Origin: Octopus vulgaris
Taxonomy: Eukaryota
NCBI GenBank assembly: GCA_951406725.2
Contig: OX597815.1
Location: 27,714,001 to 27,778,000 of the forward strand
Direction: 5' to 3'
DNA: 64,000 nt
In this document: positions 1 through 12,702 of the stretch, piece by piece
Layout of the letters: each line of letters starts with the position of its first letter
How positions within the stretch are numbered: position 1 is the first letter of the stretch
Made by a program: the position numbers and the translations under genes
The notes under the pieces: model-generated
Seen by the model: the letters and a program-made list of their open reading frames with translations, nothing else
The model's database searches: none
What the model was told of the DNA's origin: nothing

Positions 1-885
1 TACAAAGATTTAAACCATAGAAGCCTCAGCATCTATCTGCAGTGAAGAACTAATGTACTTTTTGTTTATAACTATTGGTATACTTATTTCCATAATCTAT
101 TTTTCTTTAACTTATGATTTAGTGATTATTGAAACTCTTTGCTATAACTGAAGCTATCTGTTTCCAGCATAAATCAAAAGATAGCAGATTTATTATGGAA
201 TCTGTTATAATTACCAATCCCAAACTTGAAACTTTACTACCAATAATCAGAATAAACCACACAGTTTGATTAAATTTATTTTAAAAGAAATATACTAAAA
301 TTTAGAAAACTAAAATTTAATCTAGTAGACATCAGATCCTCTATTGTAATCATGATAATGCAGATCAGAGCTGATTGGATCAAGTGAACAATCTGCAACA
401 TTACTGATACACAAACAAAACTATTGCTTGAAAGTCAATCAGGACTAGATATCTAAGTATGAAAATCTAAAGACTCTTTAATAAACAATATCTACTAACA
501 AACTGTAGGAATAAAATAATCCACCTTTACAACATCAAGATTTTAAAAATTGCCACACAACACTTACTGAGCCAATCAATGTAAATATGACCAAGTTGTG
601 TGCTTAAGAAGACTAACTGCTGATACCATATATTACTTGCATACTGACAGTTTCTGCTGTACAGCATATGTTGCTGATGTAAAAGTGGCATTTAAACATT
701 AAGTACCAGGCAGTTCGATAAAATAAAGAGTCAAAATCTTTTGCGTTTACTGCTAAAATTAAGCAGTAGCTAAATTTTCTCAAAATATTTCAAGATAAGG
801 ATCTTGATTGATATGAATTAAATAAATTTTAGATTTCAGCAATATAAAGATTTTAGGTTTAAAATTATTTCTAAAAGAAATTTGA

Positions 886-1078
886 TCAAATAAACATATT
901 TCTGTTCTGTCCTAGACTAACATGTTTTAAAATATAGATAAACCATATCATAATAAAGATTTGCAATAATGCTGCCAAAAGCAGATGGTTCGGCTGAATC
1001 ATTCCTCTTACATCAGCAACTGGTGTCTGAGACTGAGGTACAAGGTTTGGGTCTCCTTGAGACCTTGTGTTTTCAGTG
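886..1078 (-). CDS. Orphan tail-anchored small protein, last coding exon
   Basis: Acceptor ctctttcttttttctctctatatttgcag|C. Reads (D)TENTRSQGDPNLVPQSQTPVADVRGMIQPNHLLLAALLQIFIMIWFIYILKHVSLGQNRNMFI*. The phase matches the upstream micro-exon, and there is a ~19-aa hydrophobic segment. Confidence 0.7.
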
Positions 1079-1166
1079 CTGCAAATATAGAGAGAAAAAA
1101 GAAAGAGATAGATATGAGAAGCTGGTACTTGATTGGTTGTAAGGGAAAGATATGAAGATGACCTAC

Positions 1167-1191
1167 TCAAAAGACGCCAGCATCTCATCAC
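1167..1191 (-). CDS. Orphan tail-anchored protein, 25-nt micro-exon
   Basis: atttttcag|GTGATGAGATGCTGGCGTCTTTTGA|gtaggt encodes (G)DEMLASF(D). Phase 1 in and phase 2 out, matching both neighbouring exons. An 88-nt intron follows. Confidence 0.7.
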
Positions 1192-3295
1192 CTGAAAAAT
1201 ATTATAAAAGCCAAAAACTAATTTACATATATCAACATGTTTAGCTCCTTTTCATCCCCATATGCAATTATTGCAAGAAATAGTGTGGATTTTTATTTTT
1301 TTATTTAACATCTTTTTAATGCTGCAAATGTATGGGCGTTATTTTAAAACACTGATGTTGATGTAATCCAAGAAAATTAGCTCCAATAATAGCTGTATGC
1401 CACATCTGAGGAAAATTTGACCGATAAAACTGAATCAACACAAAATAAAAGGTTTCTCAAATTGTAATTTCAAAATATAAAGAAATCCATTGACACTAAC
1501 AAACTCATAATCAAGTAATTAGATGCTAAACCTCCAAATGCCATAACTAAAGAACATAAATACTAATCCTTTAGTATGATCTACTTCACAGTTCACAAAC
1601 TGATTTTCATTCTAACAAAAATATTTTTTCAAAGCTGTAGAAAAGATTCTGAAGAAATTTTTTAAAACAGATTTGCAGACATACATACACATGCATGACA
1701 CACAAATCCATTAGAAAATTTGCAATACAAAAATACAATGCCAACAGGATTCCCAGTTCATTTTGTCTTCAGAACTTGCAAATGGTTCCTAAAAGACAGC
1801 TCTTTCACTACAACTTGAACTGAACAAATGTTATAAAGAAAATTTAACACCAAAAATTTAGCTGAAAAATTTGAAGATATTTACATGAATTGTAGAAGCA
1901 TGTATTTCACCAATCACTCAATTTATGGTACATAACAGAGAGTATCAATTTCAACAGTAAATAGTAAAAAACTAAACTGTTGCAGTGTGCTAAAGGTAAC
2001 TTTTTTTTTATAGGTTAAAATGTTTTTTTTTGCATCAGTGAAGTACATCAATTAGTTTCTTGTTATAAGCATCATTTAAACTGACTGGCAAAAAATCAAA
2101 ACCCATGTATGTTACAATTATCCTGCCAAGATATTTCCAGATCGGTATCTACAACTTCACCAATCAAACATACTAAACAATAATCAAAACACAAATATGA
2201 CCACTCATACATCTGAAATTACATTGTTGCAACAATACACACACAAACATCCTAGAGTCCGTTTCAGATTAAAACAAAAAAAACTCATGTCTATTGGCAA
2301 AAATTCATTCAACACTGCACAACTAATTTTTATGCAAATGTGCTATTTATTTTCCACTTTTACTATAATAGTTTCTGTTACATTAAACTAGTGAAGTTGT
2401 ACATCACTATTCAAGCCCACCTATTTAACCAGCCCCTCACTTTTCCAAATGCTTATTCCCCAGAACCACATTCCTGGCTATATTTTCCTTATAGCTCAAG
2501 TTGAAAATCCATTTTGATCTCATTAGTCTAAGAAAGCCTACAAAATCTCAGTACTATGCCTCTGCCAATTAAATAATTTTCAAACAATCTAAATACAGAG
2601 TATTCTACTAAAGACAAATTAACAATTAACATCGTCAGCATATATGCACTTGTGTACTGCAACAAAATAGCAGAGACCATGCACCTATTACCACAACAAT
2701 GAAAACAAGAAATCATCATCATTGTTTTGAGTCAACTTTCCATGATGACATGGCCTGGATGAGTCATTGTTGTACTTCCAGAGGGTAGGAAGACCAAATC
2801 TTACTCATTTTGGCTTAGTTTCAACAACTGTATGCCTTTCCTAATCCCAACCACTTTACAGAGTGTATTGAGTAGAGTTTTTCATGGCACCAGCACTAGA
2901 GGATATATATGAGAGCATGATGACTAGCAGGGGGTACATAAATAGCGAGGGGGGAAAATACTGAAAGCCCTGAACAACTTTGATAGAGTAAAATAAATAT
3001 ATCAAATACAACTAAAATCACCAACAGTGGATACAGCTGTTAGAGAAGCACATTTCCTTATCACACCAACATCAATTTTTTTTTTGTTCCAAACCAGATT
3101 GTTTTATGAATTTGACATTGTTTACAGGTTGTAACCATGCCAATATCAGGTGGCAGAGTCAGCCAATATGAGGGGAGTTTATAAAAAAAAAAAAATGAGG
3201 TCAAATATCTGAGTGCAACTGTAGCTTCCACAAGTTTGTGCCACATAAATCTTCAGTAAAAGAAAAACCATGATGCTGCTCAATTTTTCACTTAC

Positions 3296-3344
3296 CCACA
3301 TCCAATTTGAGGACTTTGGCTCGTTCGTCTGGCTGCAAATCCAA
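3296..3344 (-). CDS. Orphan tail-anchored protein, internal exon
   Basis: ttgttgtttcag|TTGGATTTG...GATGTGG|gtaagt, 49 nt, encodes LDLQPDERAKVLKLDV(G). Confidence 0.7.
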
Positions 3345-3596
3345 CTGAAACAACAAATATTTGATTTTAAGCCAAATAAATGGTAAAAATAAATTAAATT
3401 TTATACAGAATTCCCAGAAATCTTATTTCCCCATGCTATAAATAAAATGATATCTTATTGTCATGCACATTCAATGCATTTAATAATCACATTTACCTGT
3501 ACCTAGTCGTATAGTTTATAAATGCTGTCATAAATTGTTTATACTCATATAAAATATTAGGAGAGTATTGTAGCTCGCTTGAAGCATTGTGTATTG

Positions 3597-4390
3597 TTTG
3601 TAAAGAATAAAAAGTTTTGAATGATATAACAATGCACTATAATACAGACAATGGGCTATATACCTGTTGTAATTTAGTCATCTATAGACTCACTGCTATA
3701 ATCGGTTTTCCAACGGCTTTTCTTTTTTCTGTTTTTTGGAAGTGTCTCAGCAGTGGTCTCACGATGTTCCTTCCAGAATTCCTCATGAGAAGTGTGTGAG
3801 GCCGGCCACGTCTCAATCAAGTGTGTGGTGGTACATCCGTAGCGCTGCTTTTAAGTTATGTATTATATGTGCAGCTTCCTCCCCCACCTTTTTAGATGCA
3901 TCCAGATGTATCTAAATAATGTATTGATTACCAACCTCCAGCCTGTTGTTAATTTGGGGCCCTAGTCTGCGTATGAGTATAGCTTCCTATGCGTGTAGGT
4001 TCGTTTTTGATAATGCTCATCTATAGTTTATAACAAAAAAAAAGAGAAAAAAGGGGGGGAAAGGAAGCTGCACGTTTATTATGTAACTTAGAAGCAGTAC
4101 TAAGGATGTACCAGCACACACTTGATTGAGACATGGCCGACCTCACGCACTTCTCATGAGGAATTCCAGAAAGAGCATCGTGAGACCACTGCTGAGATGC
4201 TTCCAAAAAAAAAAGAAAAAAAGAAAAGCTGTTGGAAAACCAATTATAGCAGTGACTCCATCTAAGAATATCTGAAGAAGGAATTTTATTCCGAAATATC
4301 ATATCAGACTATGGATGACTAAATTACAACAGGAATAAAGTCCATTGTATTATAGTGCATTGTTATACCCAAAACTTTATTCTTTATAAA
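3597..4390. mobile_element. Penelope-like element remnant with inverted pseudo-LTRs (foldback)
   Basis: ~3597-3880 and ~4062-4390 are reverse complements. The spacer on the minus strand reads ...EAILIRRLGPQINNRLE, which resembles the C-terminal end of a Penelope GIY-YIG endonuclease. Confidence 0.7.
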
Positions 4391-5779
4391 ATATTAGGTT
4401 ATATATAAGAGCCAAACACAAATGTAGAATCATTATTATAGATTTATGAGACCATTAGCAAAACAATACCAAACTATTTCAGTGATATATTCTTACTGAT
4501 ACATAAATATTATATTTTTAACCATTGCAAATAAGGCCCAAATCAATCAATGACTTTCTGTAACTGTTTCACATACATTTTTCTTAGCATAAATCTTTGT
4601 CGGGGGAAAGGGCTGTGAGACCAATGAAATCAACATGGGCAACATTCCTCTTGAATAGTTTCAAGTTGATATAGACATGAAAAAACATGTTGATAAAAAT
4701 TTCAGAGGGTTAGCAAACTGAGGTGAAAGGACTAGATATAGTGATTTGTATGGAACTAAGAGAGTAGACACAATAAGGGTAATAAAAAAGAGAGAGATAA
4801 GTAAATCAAGGGAGTTTAGTGGGGGTGACATGAAACAAACCAGCTCCAAAAAGTAGAGGCCATTGCACTATTGTTAGAAAAGGTAGAGAGATAGTATATC
4901 TGAGTGTCAGTTTTGGAATGTGCCAGTAATTGACATCATAATAATCAATCTAGAAGTCTTTCTTTGGATAGTCTAGGGAATGAGGTAGCAGCAGTATTGC
5001 CCTTAGTGTTGGAATAACATTGTAGGTCTTACTTATCAGAGCTTTGTAGAGGGTTCATAGTTGGGACGTGAACTATTTTTTGGCCAGTCTTTGTCATTCA
5101 AATTAGGCTATGATGATGTATGTTCATCAGAAGAGATCCTCAGTGACATTTAAGCACAGTGTTTGTAGCAACATTGAGGTTTTTCACTTCGTGCTATTCA
5201 TCTTTACGGTGATAAAGTAATCATGATTTGTATTTTTTTAAATATGTAGTGACAGTGTGCAGTTTACCTGAAACAATAATACTGAAACAATATTGAATTC
5301 ATGATCTTCTGAACACTTATTAGCACTTTATTCTCAGTGCCTAATTCCAGTTTCAAGATCAACTTTTCAGCTATTACCAAATAAATGCATTTCAATTGTT
5401 TAAGCAGTAAGCAGTGTCTTGTTAAGTGCATCACAAATTAAATGAGATCTCTGATCCTTCAATCAGAAAGTAATAAATATGCCTACACCCAATGCCAAGC
5501 TGTACTGACCTGTTGTAAAAGATCAATAGATCCTTCACAATAGGCCAGCACAAATCAGAAAGTGGCTAGGGCTAGATTATATGTCACATATTGATATGTA
5601 TCTTTAAAGAAAGTGGGTGCTTAATAACAACTGAATAGGATTAGTGATGGAGTATGCATTTCAAGTCTGCAATCATTTGTATAGGATATCTATTTTGAGA
5701 GACTGATGCTTACAAGCTACATGTTCTGATTCTATATAGAGAAAAGAGCATTACTTTCGCTATCCTTGATTTTAGAAAA

Positions 5780-5910
5780 TAAAATGAAGGTTAAGAACTG
5801 CAATAAATGTGTGAATCTGAAAGGGGAGAATGTTGAATAAAATCACATTAACTAATCCTCCTGTATTTTCTTTTACCGAAAGCCAAGAACTTTTCAGTAC
5901 CACCCCACTT
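5780..5910 (-). mobile_element. Mariner-type terminal fragment
   Basis: Minus strand GGGGTGGTACTGAAAAGTTCTTGGCTTT resembles a mariner TIR. No partner TIR was seen. Confidence 0.4.
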
Positions 5911-5986
5911 ATGTGTATGTATATATATATATGTATACACACATACATAAATATATGAACTTGCATACACATTTATATTGCAGTAT

Positions 5987-7183
5987 CTTGTGAATGGAAT
6001 TTGGTGGATAGAAACTATACACAAGTTCAATGTGTGTGTATGCATTCATATCTTTAACCAAGATTTATCAACAAGGGATGTTAACAGTAGCAAAAAATTG
6101 TGCTAGTTGAGTGAAATCCTTTCCACAGAGTTTACAGATGCTCCTTATCACCATTGCCATCAGAAATACATTAAACAAATGACTGGCCTGTTGGTACCTT
6201 GGAGCCAACAATGCTATTTGTTCACAAAGTGTTAACTGGAAATAACTAGAGAATAAATGATTGTTCCACTTTCACAAGATACACTTAAAGAGTACTACAT
6301 ATAAAATTAATGTGTGTGTGTGTGTAATTAAACAATACAGTTTGAGAAGAGTACTAGTGGTCTGTGTAGGTAATAATCAATCAAGCCTGTGTTAATAAAT
6401 GGATCACAGAGTACTAGAAGATTTCTTACATTTTTGGCTGAGCCTTTCTTGGTAGATTAAAGTTTTAACTTACAATGTTTATTCTCTTTAACGCACTAAC
6501 CACTTTTGAAATGACATATAGGATATGAAATATTCCAATGGGGATGACACACTCAGCTCTATTACATGGAAATGGATGATATGACTTAGTTTATTTCAAG
6601 GACTGGGATTTTTCCAAAAGCCTTTTCAGCTGCCTTCTATAGGAAATCCCTTTGCACCCAAGATCTCCAGTTCCTACTTGAGGCAACACTTTTCAATGTT
6701 TTGGTGTTGATTCAATTATGTTGAGATCATGCATGCAGATATCTTTTAAAAGTATATTACTGCCCTTCTGCTAGTCCCTCCAAAAAGATGTTTGAGCTAA
6801 AACACTCATGTAGACCCATCAGAATCCTTAATTAATAAGGTGCAGACATGGCTATATGGTTAAGAATTTCACTTTGCTTCCATGTGCTTCCAATCTGAGT
6901 CCCACTGCACAGGACCTTCACCAAGTGTCTTCTACCATACCCTTGTCTAACTTGTGAATGGAATTTGGTGGATAGGAACTATACACAAGTTCAATGTGTG
7001 TGTATGCATTCATATCTTTAACCAAGATTTATCAACAAGGGATGTTAACAGTAGCAAAAAATTGTGCTAGTTGAATGAAATCCTTTCCACAGAGTTTACA
7101 GATGCTCCTTATCACCATTGCCATCAGAAATACATTAAACAAATGACTGGCCTGTTGGAACCTTGGAGCCAACAATGCTATTT
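5987..7183 (+). repeat. Local direct duplication of ~233 bp (5987-6219 and 6951-7183)
   Basis: Near-identical sequence cttgtgaatggaatttggtggata...ggagccaacaatgctattt occurs at both positions. Confidence 0.9.
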
Positions 7184-7239
7184 ATTTACAAATTTTAACA
7201 TGAAATTTTTTAAAAAAACAAGATATACGTAGCATTATT

Positions 7240-7990
7240 TACAGGATGTTCTGACTAAATTTGACAGTTTGCATAACAGGAAAACAACAGTCTCATCCAA
7301 AAATAAAAAATATTTTAAAAAGTCAAGAATATCTATGAAATTACAGCTAGGAGATAACAGTTTACTTAAAACTTCCACTACAGCCTCAAAACAGCTGTGG
7401 AACCTGATGAATGCATTCTTCACTCTGTCCTTGAGATCTTTGAACATCTTGATTTTATCTACCAGCTTGGCCATGGTGTCTGTCTTAGGGATTGCAATCA
7501 GGGGGATTAGGAGGCCAAAAATTGGAGCTAGTGAAGTTATAGAAATTCTTCAACAACCATATCTGACTCTTTCAGAAGGTATGGCAAGGAGCCAAATCCT
7601 GTTATCACACATATGGCCTCCCCAGCCAGAGTTTGACCACATTCTCCAGCAGTTTCACATCTGAACTGACCCTAAGCCCTCTTCAAAGATATGGAGCAGC
7701 ATGACATCACTCTCACTGAAGACACACCCAAAAGCCATCAAAGTTTGGGGGATGTTAGTTTTCATGATACATGGGACATCACATGGATTGTAGGCAAGCT
7801 ACCTGATGCTCTGTGTGTTGCGCAACTTGTCCAGGTGGAAGTTCTTTTCATCTAAAAACCAGATCATTTCCAGCTTGGCTTGTTCAGAAGCATTTTTGCC
7901 TTCATCAAGTGGTTCTCCTTGGCCTTGGCCATCAGAATTTGTCCCTTGTGCTTCTTGTACAACCACTTGTATAGTATAGATGTATGGTAA
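7240..7990 (-). pseudogene. Degenerate Tc1/mariner transposase, DD37D (maT) family
   Basis: Minus-strand remnants IWFLDEKNF, RPYV**QDLAPCHT and NFWPPNPPDCNP*D. I count 37 residues between the 2nd and 3rd Asp. Multiple stop codons. Confidence 0.85.
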
Positions 7991-8786
7991 TACTAGAAAC
8001 AAAATATAGTGACAGATAGAGAGATTTAGTTACATAGCAGGGATGGTCAAATGGTTGCTCACAAACCACATGCATTTAGCAAGCAGATCATATGTTGGCT
8101 GAGCTATTTGCAGAACATTTAATAAAATTTGAAAATTAGTCAAACATCTAAGTAGCCTGAGGGATGGAGTTTTGTCCATCTATAGCCCATGCTGACAATG
8201 CATACATAAACATTGTTGTAAATTGTTAGGTCAGTTCAGTGCCAGTTCATGAGTGGCAGATACACCAACATAGTTAAGCTTGCATAGCAAACTATAAGCT
8301 TTCAAATTTGATCCCACTGAGTAGAACCTTAGTCACCATCACTTGGAAAGTTTTTAGCAGAATCCACTTAGGTTTTTGTCTGAAGATAACTTCCTATTCC
8401 TCCCACCAGTGTCAAAGGCTCTGAGAAATGATTGCAGGAGATGACCTTCTGATTAAACCAAATTTTACATCATGGCATTGGTGACATCTGAAATCCCATG
8501 TACAATCTACATGATATGAAAAATATAATAATCAAACTTGATTTCTGCAAAGTGTATTTCAAGTATAAATTGTGTGTGAGTGTAACATTGTGACTAGAAT
8601 TTTCCAACCATAAGATTCCGTCCTTTTAAGGAATCACCATTTTTTTTTTCAATTTGGTTTCAACAAACGCAGCTCAACCATGATCACCCTAACAAATAAT
8701 AGACGCAAATTTGTGCATATACAAAAATCAAAATTAATCGAATATCGACTATTTATTTCAAACTGTAAATAAAGTGCAATGCTTCC

Positions 8787-8839
<53 letters not shown>

Positions 8840-9975
8840 ATATCTTAAATGAAAACATACAGATCGAAATAGGGGAAATCCATCTGGTAGATATAGCACG
8901 TTTGCGGCTGTGCATGCTAAGTCGCAGAAGTGTCACCACTTACACGTAAATAACATTTTTCAACCCATCATATTTGTGGCGTTTGAAGAGATTGGGACCG
9001 CTAACCACGAAGTTCTTGGGGGTTTTTTTTATATATATGACACATTGGACAGTCCAGTGTTTCTTCAATTACTTCACCATCCGCAAGTAATGCTGTGAAT
9101 GCCCATAGTTGCTTCCGTTAATAAATGGGGTGGGGGTAAACACACAATAAGAAACAAAAAGCACATTTATCTCTTGAGATCACAAAGAGATTGGGACTAC
9201 GGAACAAATTGCAAAACAGTTTATTAATAATTTTCTTTTTACTGATATCTTCCGTTAGGCAATTGTGAATTAGATAAAAACAATCGTTCCCGCTGTTCAT
9301 AGCTGCGAAGCCTTTACGGTACGTAATCTGAATCAGAAAAATATCTAGGTCATGGACACAGCGCAGACAACACAAATATAGAAGCTATATACATTATCAT
9401 CGGCTTGGTAAAAGTGTTTGTTGCTCATTCAATAATTCTCAGACATTTAGTACACACATGCACTGTTATAGGCATATACCTATCGTATTCTATATTCTTT
9501 TCTCATAACGAGAAAGAAAAAAGTGAGAAACAGAAATGTTGATTGGATTATTAAAATTTGCACATTTATATATCCTGCACTTATCAGTTGGAAATTGTTT
9601 ACACACATTATTTTTTTTTTCCACTTTAAAGCATTTATCAATTAAAATGAGATAAGAGAAAATGGGGCTAAATGCAGTTTCGCACCTCTCCTTGAAAATT
9701 GCTTTTTTTTTTTTTTGAAAAAATATTTTCGGATCCTCTACTTTTTAGATGTCAGAGATTACGAATATGCAAAAAATATTTTTTTCATCCCCTCCCCAAT
9801 TTAAACTTGATAGTAGCGAATTGAACGTATGCAAATCGAAATTAAAAACAGACAAAAACATTAAAGTGAAAAGAACCAGCTCACGCCGATGACCAAGATA
9901 TTTTCATAGGTTATTGGTGTGATGAAACGACGACGGCCAAAAAAAAACTGCATCAATTCGAAATTATTTATTACA

Positions 9976-10026
<51 letters not shown>

Positions 10027-10390
10027 CTGAAGTTGTTTGTGTATGGCAGGTTTGGTAGCCTTCAACTAACACTATCTCCTCCGAGATCCTGCGGCGCAAG
10101 TTGACCAAAATTGAGAATATGATTGCTCTTCCTTCCGTAGAAGGAAAAATTCAAATCGGACCATGTTAACACCAAAAATTATTTACATCAAAAAGGTGCT
10201 TTTTTTCTATGAAAATCCCTATTTTTTACGATTTTTTGACTGCTGTGTCGCCATTTTTCGGTGTATTTCAATCAGAAGAATGTTCACTTAAAGAGTATAA
10301 CAAGCTACATAATGCAAAATGTTTACTTTTCAAAAATTCCAATTCTAAAGGGTCGAAACAAACCCGAGCAACGCCGGGCGATACTGCTAG
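9976..10390 (+). mobile_element. Non-autonomous Helitron
   Basis: 5' TC start followed by a (TC)n(TA)n run, 3' hairpin CCCGagcaacgcCGGG followed by CTAG, inserted between A and T with no TSD. Confidence 0.8.
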
Positions 10391-11016
10391 TCTTATATAT
10401 ATTTAACTCGTCTGACAGGGATTCCTTTTCTGAAAGCTTTCAAATAAATTAATCGTATTTTGTTGAGTTCACTATTATGAGTCCCCACTCCCGGCATTTA
10501 CTTTTCCAAATGAGCGTTTTGTGTAGTTTTAACAATGCTACTTGAAGCTGACGATGTGACGGACTTTGTTGTTTCTTCTTGAGATACCGTGCATATCGGA
10601 TAAAAACCTTTTTCTTAATGTATACACGTTAAATACTGACATATTTTACAAAACATTTTATTACGCACACACTTTTTCATGTACTACAGATCTGATAAAG
10701 TCTACAAATCTCAAAATATTGATAAAACATAGGTAAATCAATATTATTAAGTTGATAAAAACCAGTAAAGCGCCAAACTAACTACTTCACTGAGTTTTAT
10801 CGTTCAGTTAACTGGATTTGAGTCAACTTGGACGTTAATATGTAAACTCGGTCAATATATTCAACTAATAATATACATCTATAAAAGTTGGTCTTGTGCC
10901 AAGCTGAAAAATCAATTCTACAAACCTTCATAGAGATTTTGTGTTTATTTTCACTAATTAAAATGCGAGTCATAATAATAATAATAATAATTATTATTAT
11001 TATTATTATTATTATT

Positions 11017-11372
11017 AGGCAAAATGCTTCGCGTTCTAAGTTCAAATTCCGCTATGTCGACTTTGTCTTCCATCCTTTCGAGGTCGATAAAAATAAGTGC
11101 CAGTTGGGCACTGGGGTCGATGTAATCGATTTACCCGCTCCCCGAAATTGCTGGCCTTGTGCCAAAATTTGAAACCATTATTATAAGGCGGCGAGCTGGC
11201 AGAACCGTTAGCGCGCCGGACGAAATGCTTCGCTACGTTCTGAGTTCAAATTCCGCCGAGATCGACTTTACCTTTCATCCTTTCGGGGTCGATGTAATTG
11301 ACTAGTCCCTTCCCCAAAAATTTCAGGCTGTGTGCCTCCAGTAAAAATCTATTATTATTATTATTATTATTA
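11017..11372 (+). mobile_element. Two tandem tRNA-derived SINE copies (aggcggcgagctggcag family)
   Basis: Head aggcggcgagctggcagaa, B-box-like gagttcaaattcc, core gtcgacttt..ctttcatcctttcggggtcgat, (TAT)n tail. Many further copies occur in the window. Confidence 0.8.
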
Positions 11373-12671
11373 TCGATCGCAAATTTGCGATAAGGCGGGT
11401 TTCTGGGCACTACTTAAATACAGAGGCCCTTAAAAACTAACCCTAACCCTACGGGACCTCTAAGTTTCTGAACAGCGACCGACATTTCATTTCTACAGCA
11501 TAAAATAATTATCGTAGTAACTCCAATATTTTATCATTAAAATCTCGGATGGGGGTCAGTATTTACTGAATCGAAATGCTTTACTTATTCTGATATTTCA
11601 AAAACTGCTGAAAGCCAGCAAGTGCAATTTATTTATGCTCACTCAGCTAAAATCTAATTAATATCTAAGAATACAACTGCAGCTGCTGTAAACTATAAAC
11701 ATAGCAATCAGGTTTCATGCTTGCCATGTCTTCTAATCGTTAAGGTTTATGCTTAATGCCACTAAAAAAGGTATGAATGCTGCACAATTACATTCCCCAT
11801 ATATTTGCATTTTCAAAACATTTTCTGTGTCTTAAGAAAGAAATATGCAAAATGTCTTCATGGGCAGTTAAAAGTAACTGCAACTTCAAACTGCTGTATA
11901 AGAATTGGGTCATTTTAACAGAACACCCGATACCACTTAGTGTCTGCAAAACAATATCATATCTATTATTAGTCAGGACAGACAATCTCAGATACTTTTA
12001 CAGTGCATCATTATTTTGGTGAGATCAAATTTTTGCAGATGGTGAATTCACCTTTTAAGTCTTGCTGCAAATTGGTGTCGGTCTTAATCAACATATTCCA
12101 TCAAAATAAGTAAAATAATGTTCGCTTAGTGTATTTATACTTCTCACATAAATAAGACTTCAATTTCGCTCTTCAATAAAATAACATTTACGCATGCAAA
12201 CCTCCACAATTTTTTCTCTAAGGGCAATACTTCCACCATTCTATCTAACCACACACACACACAAAAAAAAGAAGAAACTATCGTTGCTTTGTTTGCTTGC
12301 CGGATATTTCAAGCCCGAGCAAGTTTTAAAATTTATTATCGCTATTTACTTGACTATATATTAAAAAACTGATTTTTTTTTTTGTTTTTCGAAATCTTTC
12401 TTTTCAAACGAATTATTTACAATAAACAATTGCAGCGTGGAAGGTGTTTGTAAGCCATTTAAGAAACACACAAAAAGCCGTTTGATTCACTTCAACATTT
12501 AAGTTTAATTTGTCAAAATATTTTCGTCGCTAAAATCCGCGACCTGTTCACTGACAAAAATCCGTGCTGCATTTACAATAGTTACTGGTTTATGAGACGA
12601 AATCAGTTATACAAAAAAAATTGAACCGGCTTTAAAAAAAATATCAACACAATTTCTGTCACTGATGCAAA

Positions 12672-12702
<31 letters not shown>

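Noticed and set aside
886-1191. 101-aa single-exon ORF from the track
   Set aside because: Its first third runs through an obvious 88-nt intron (gtaggt...polypyrimidine-ttgcag). Only 1078-886 is in the likely coding frame.
7803-7992. Exonised transposase segment
   Set aside because: The acceptor is plausible, but the donor (gtagct) is weak and the 190-nt length would frameshift the host gene.
9760-9840. Octamer ATGCAAAT (9829-36) and related motifs at ~11803 and ~12723 as snRNA-gene enhancers
   Set aside because: No recognisable snRNA sequence nearby, and the motif is frequent in AT-rich DNA.
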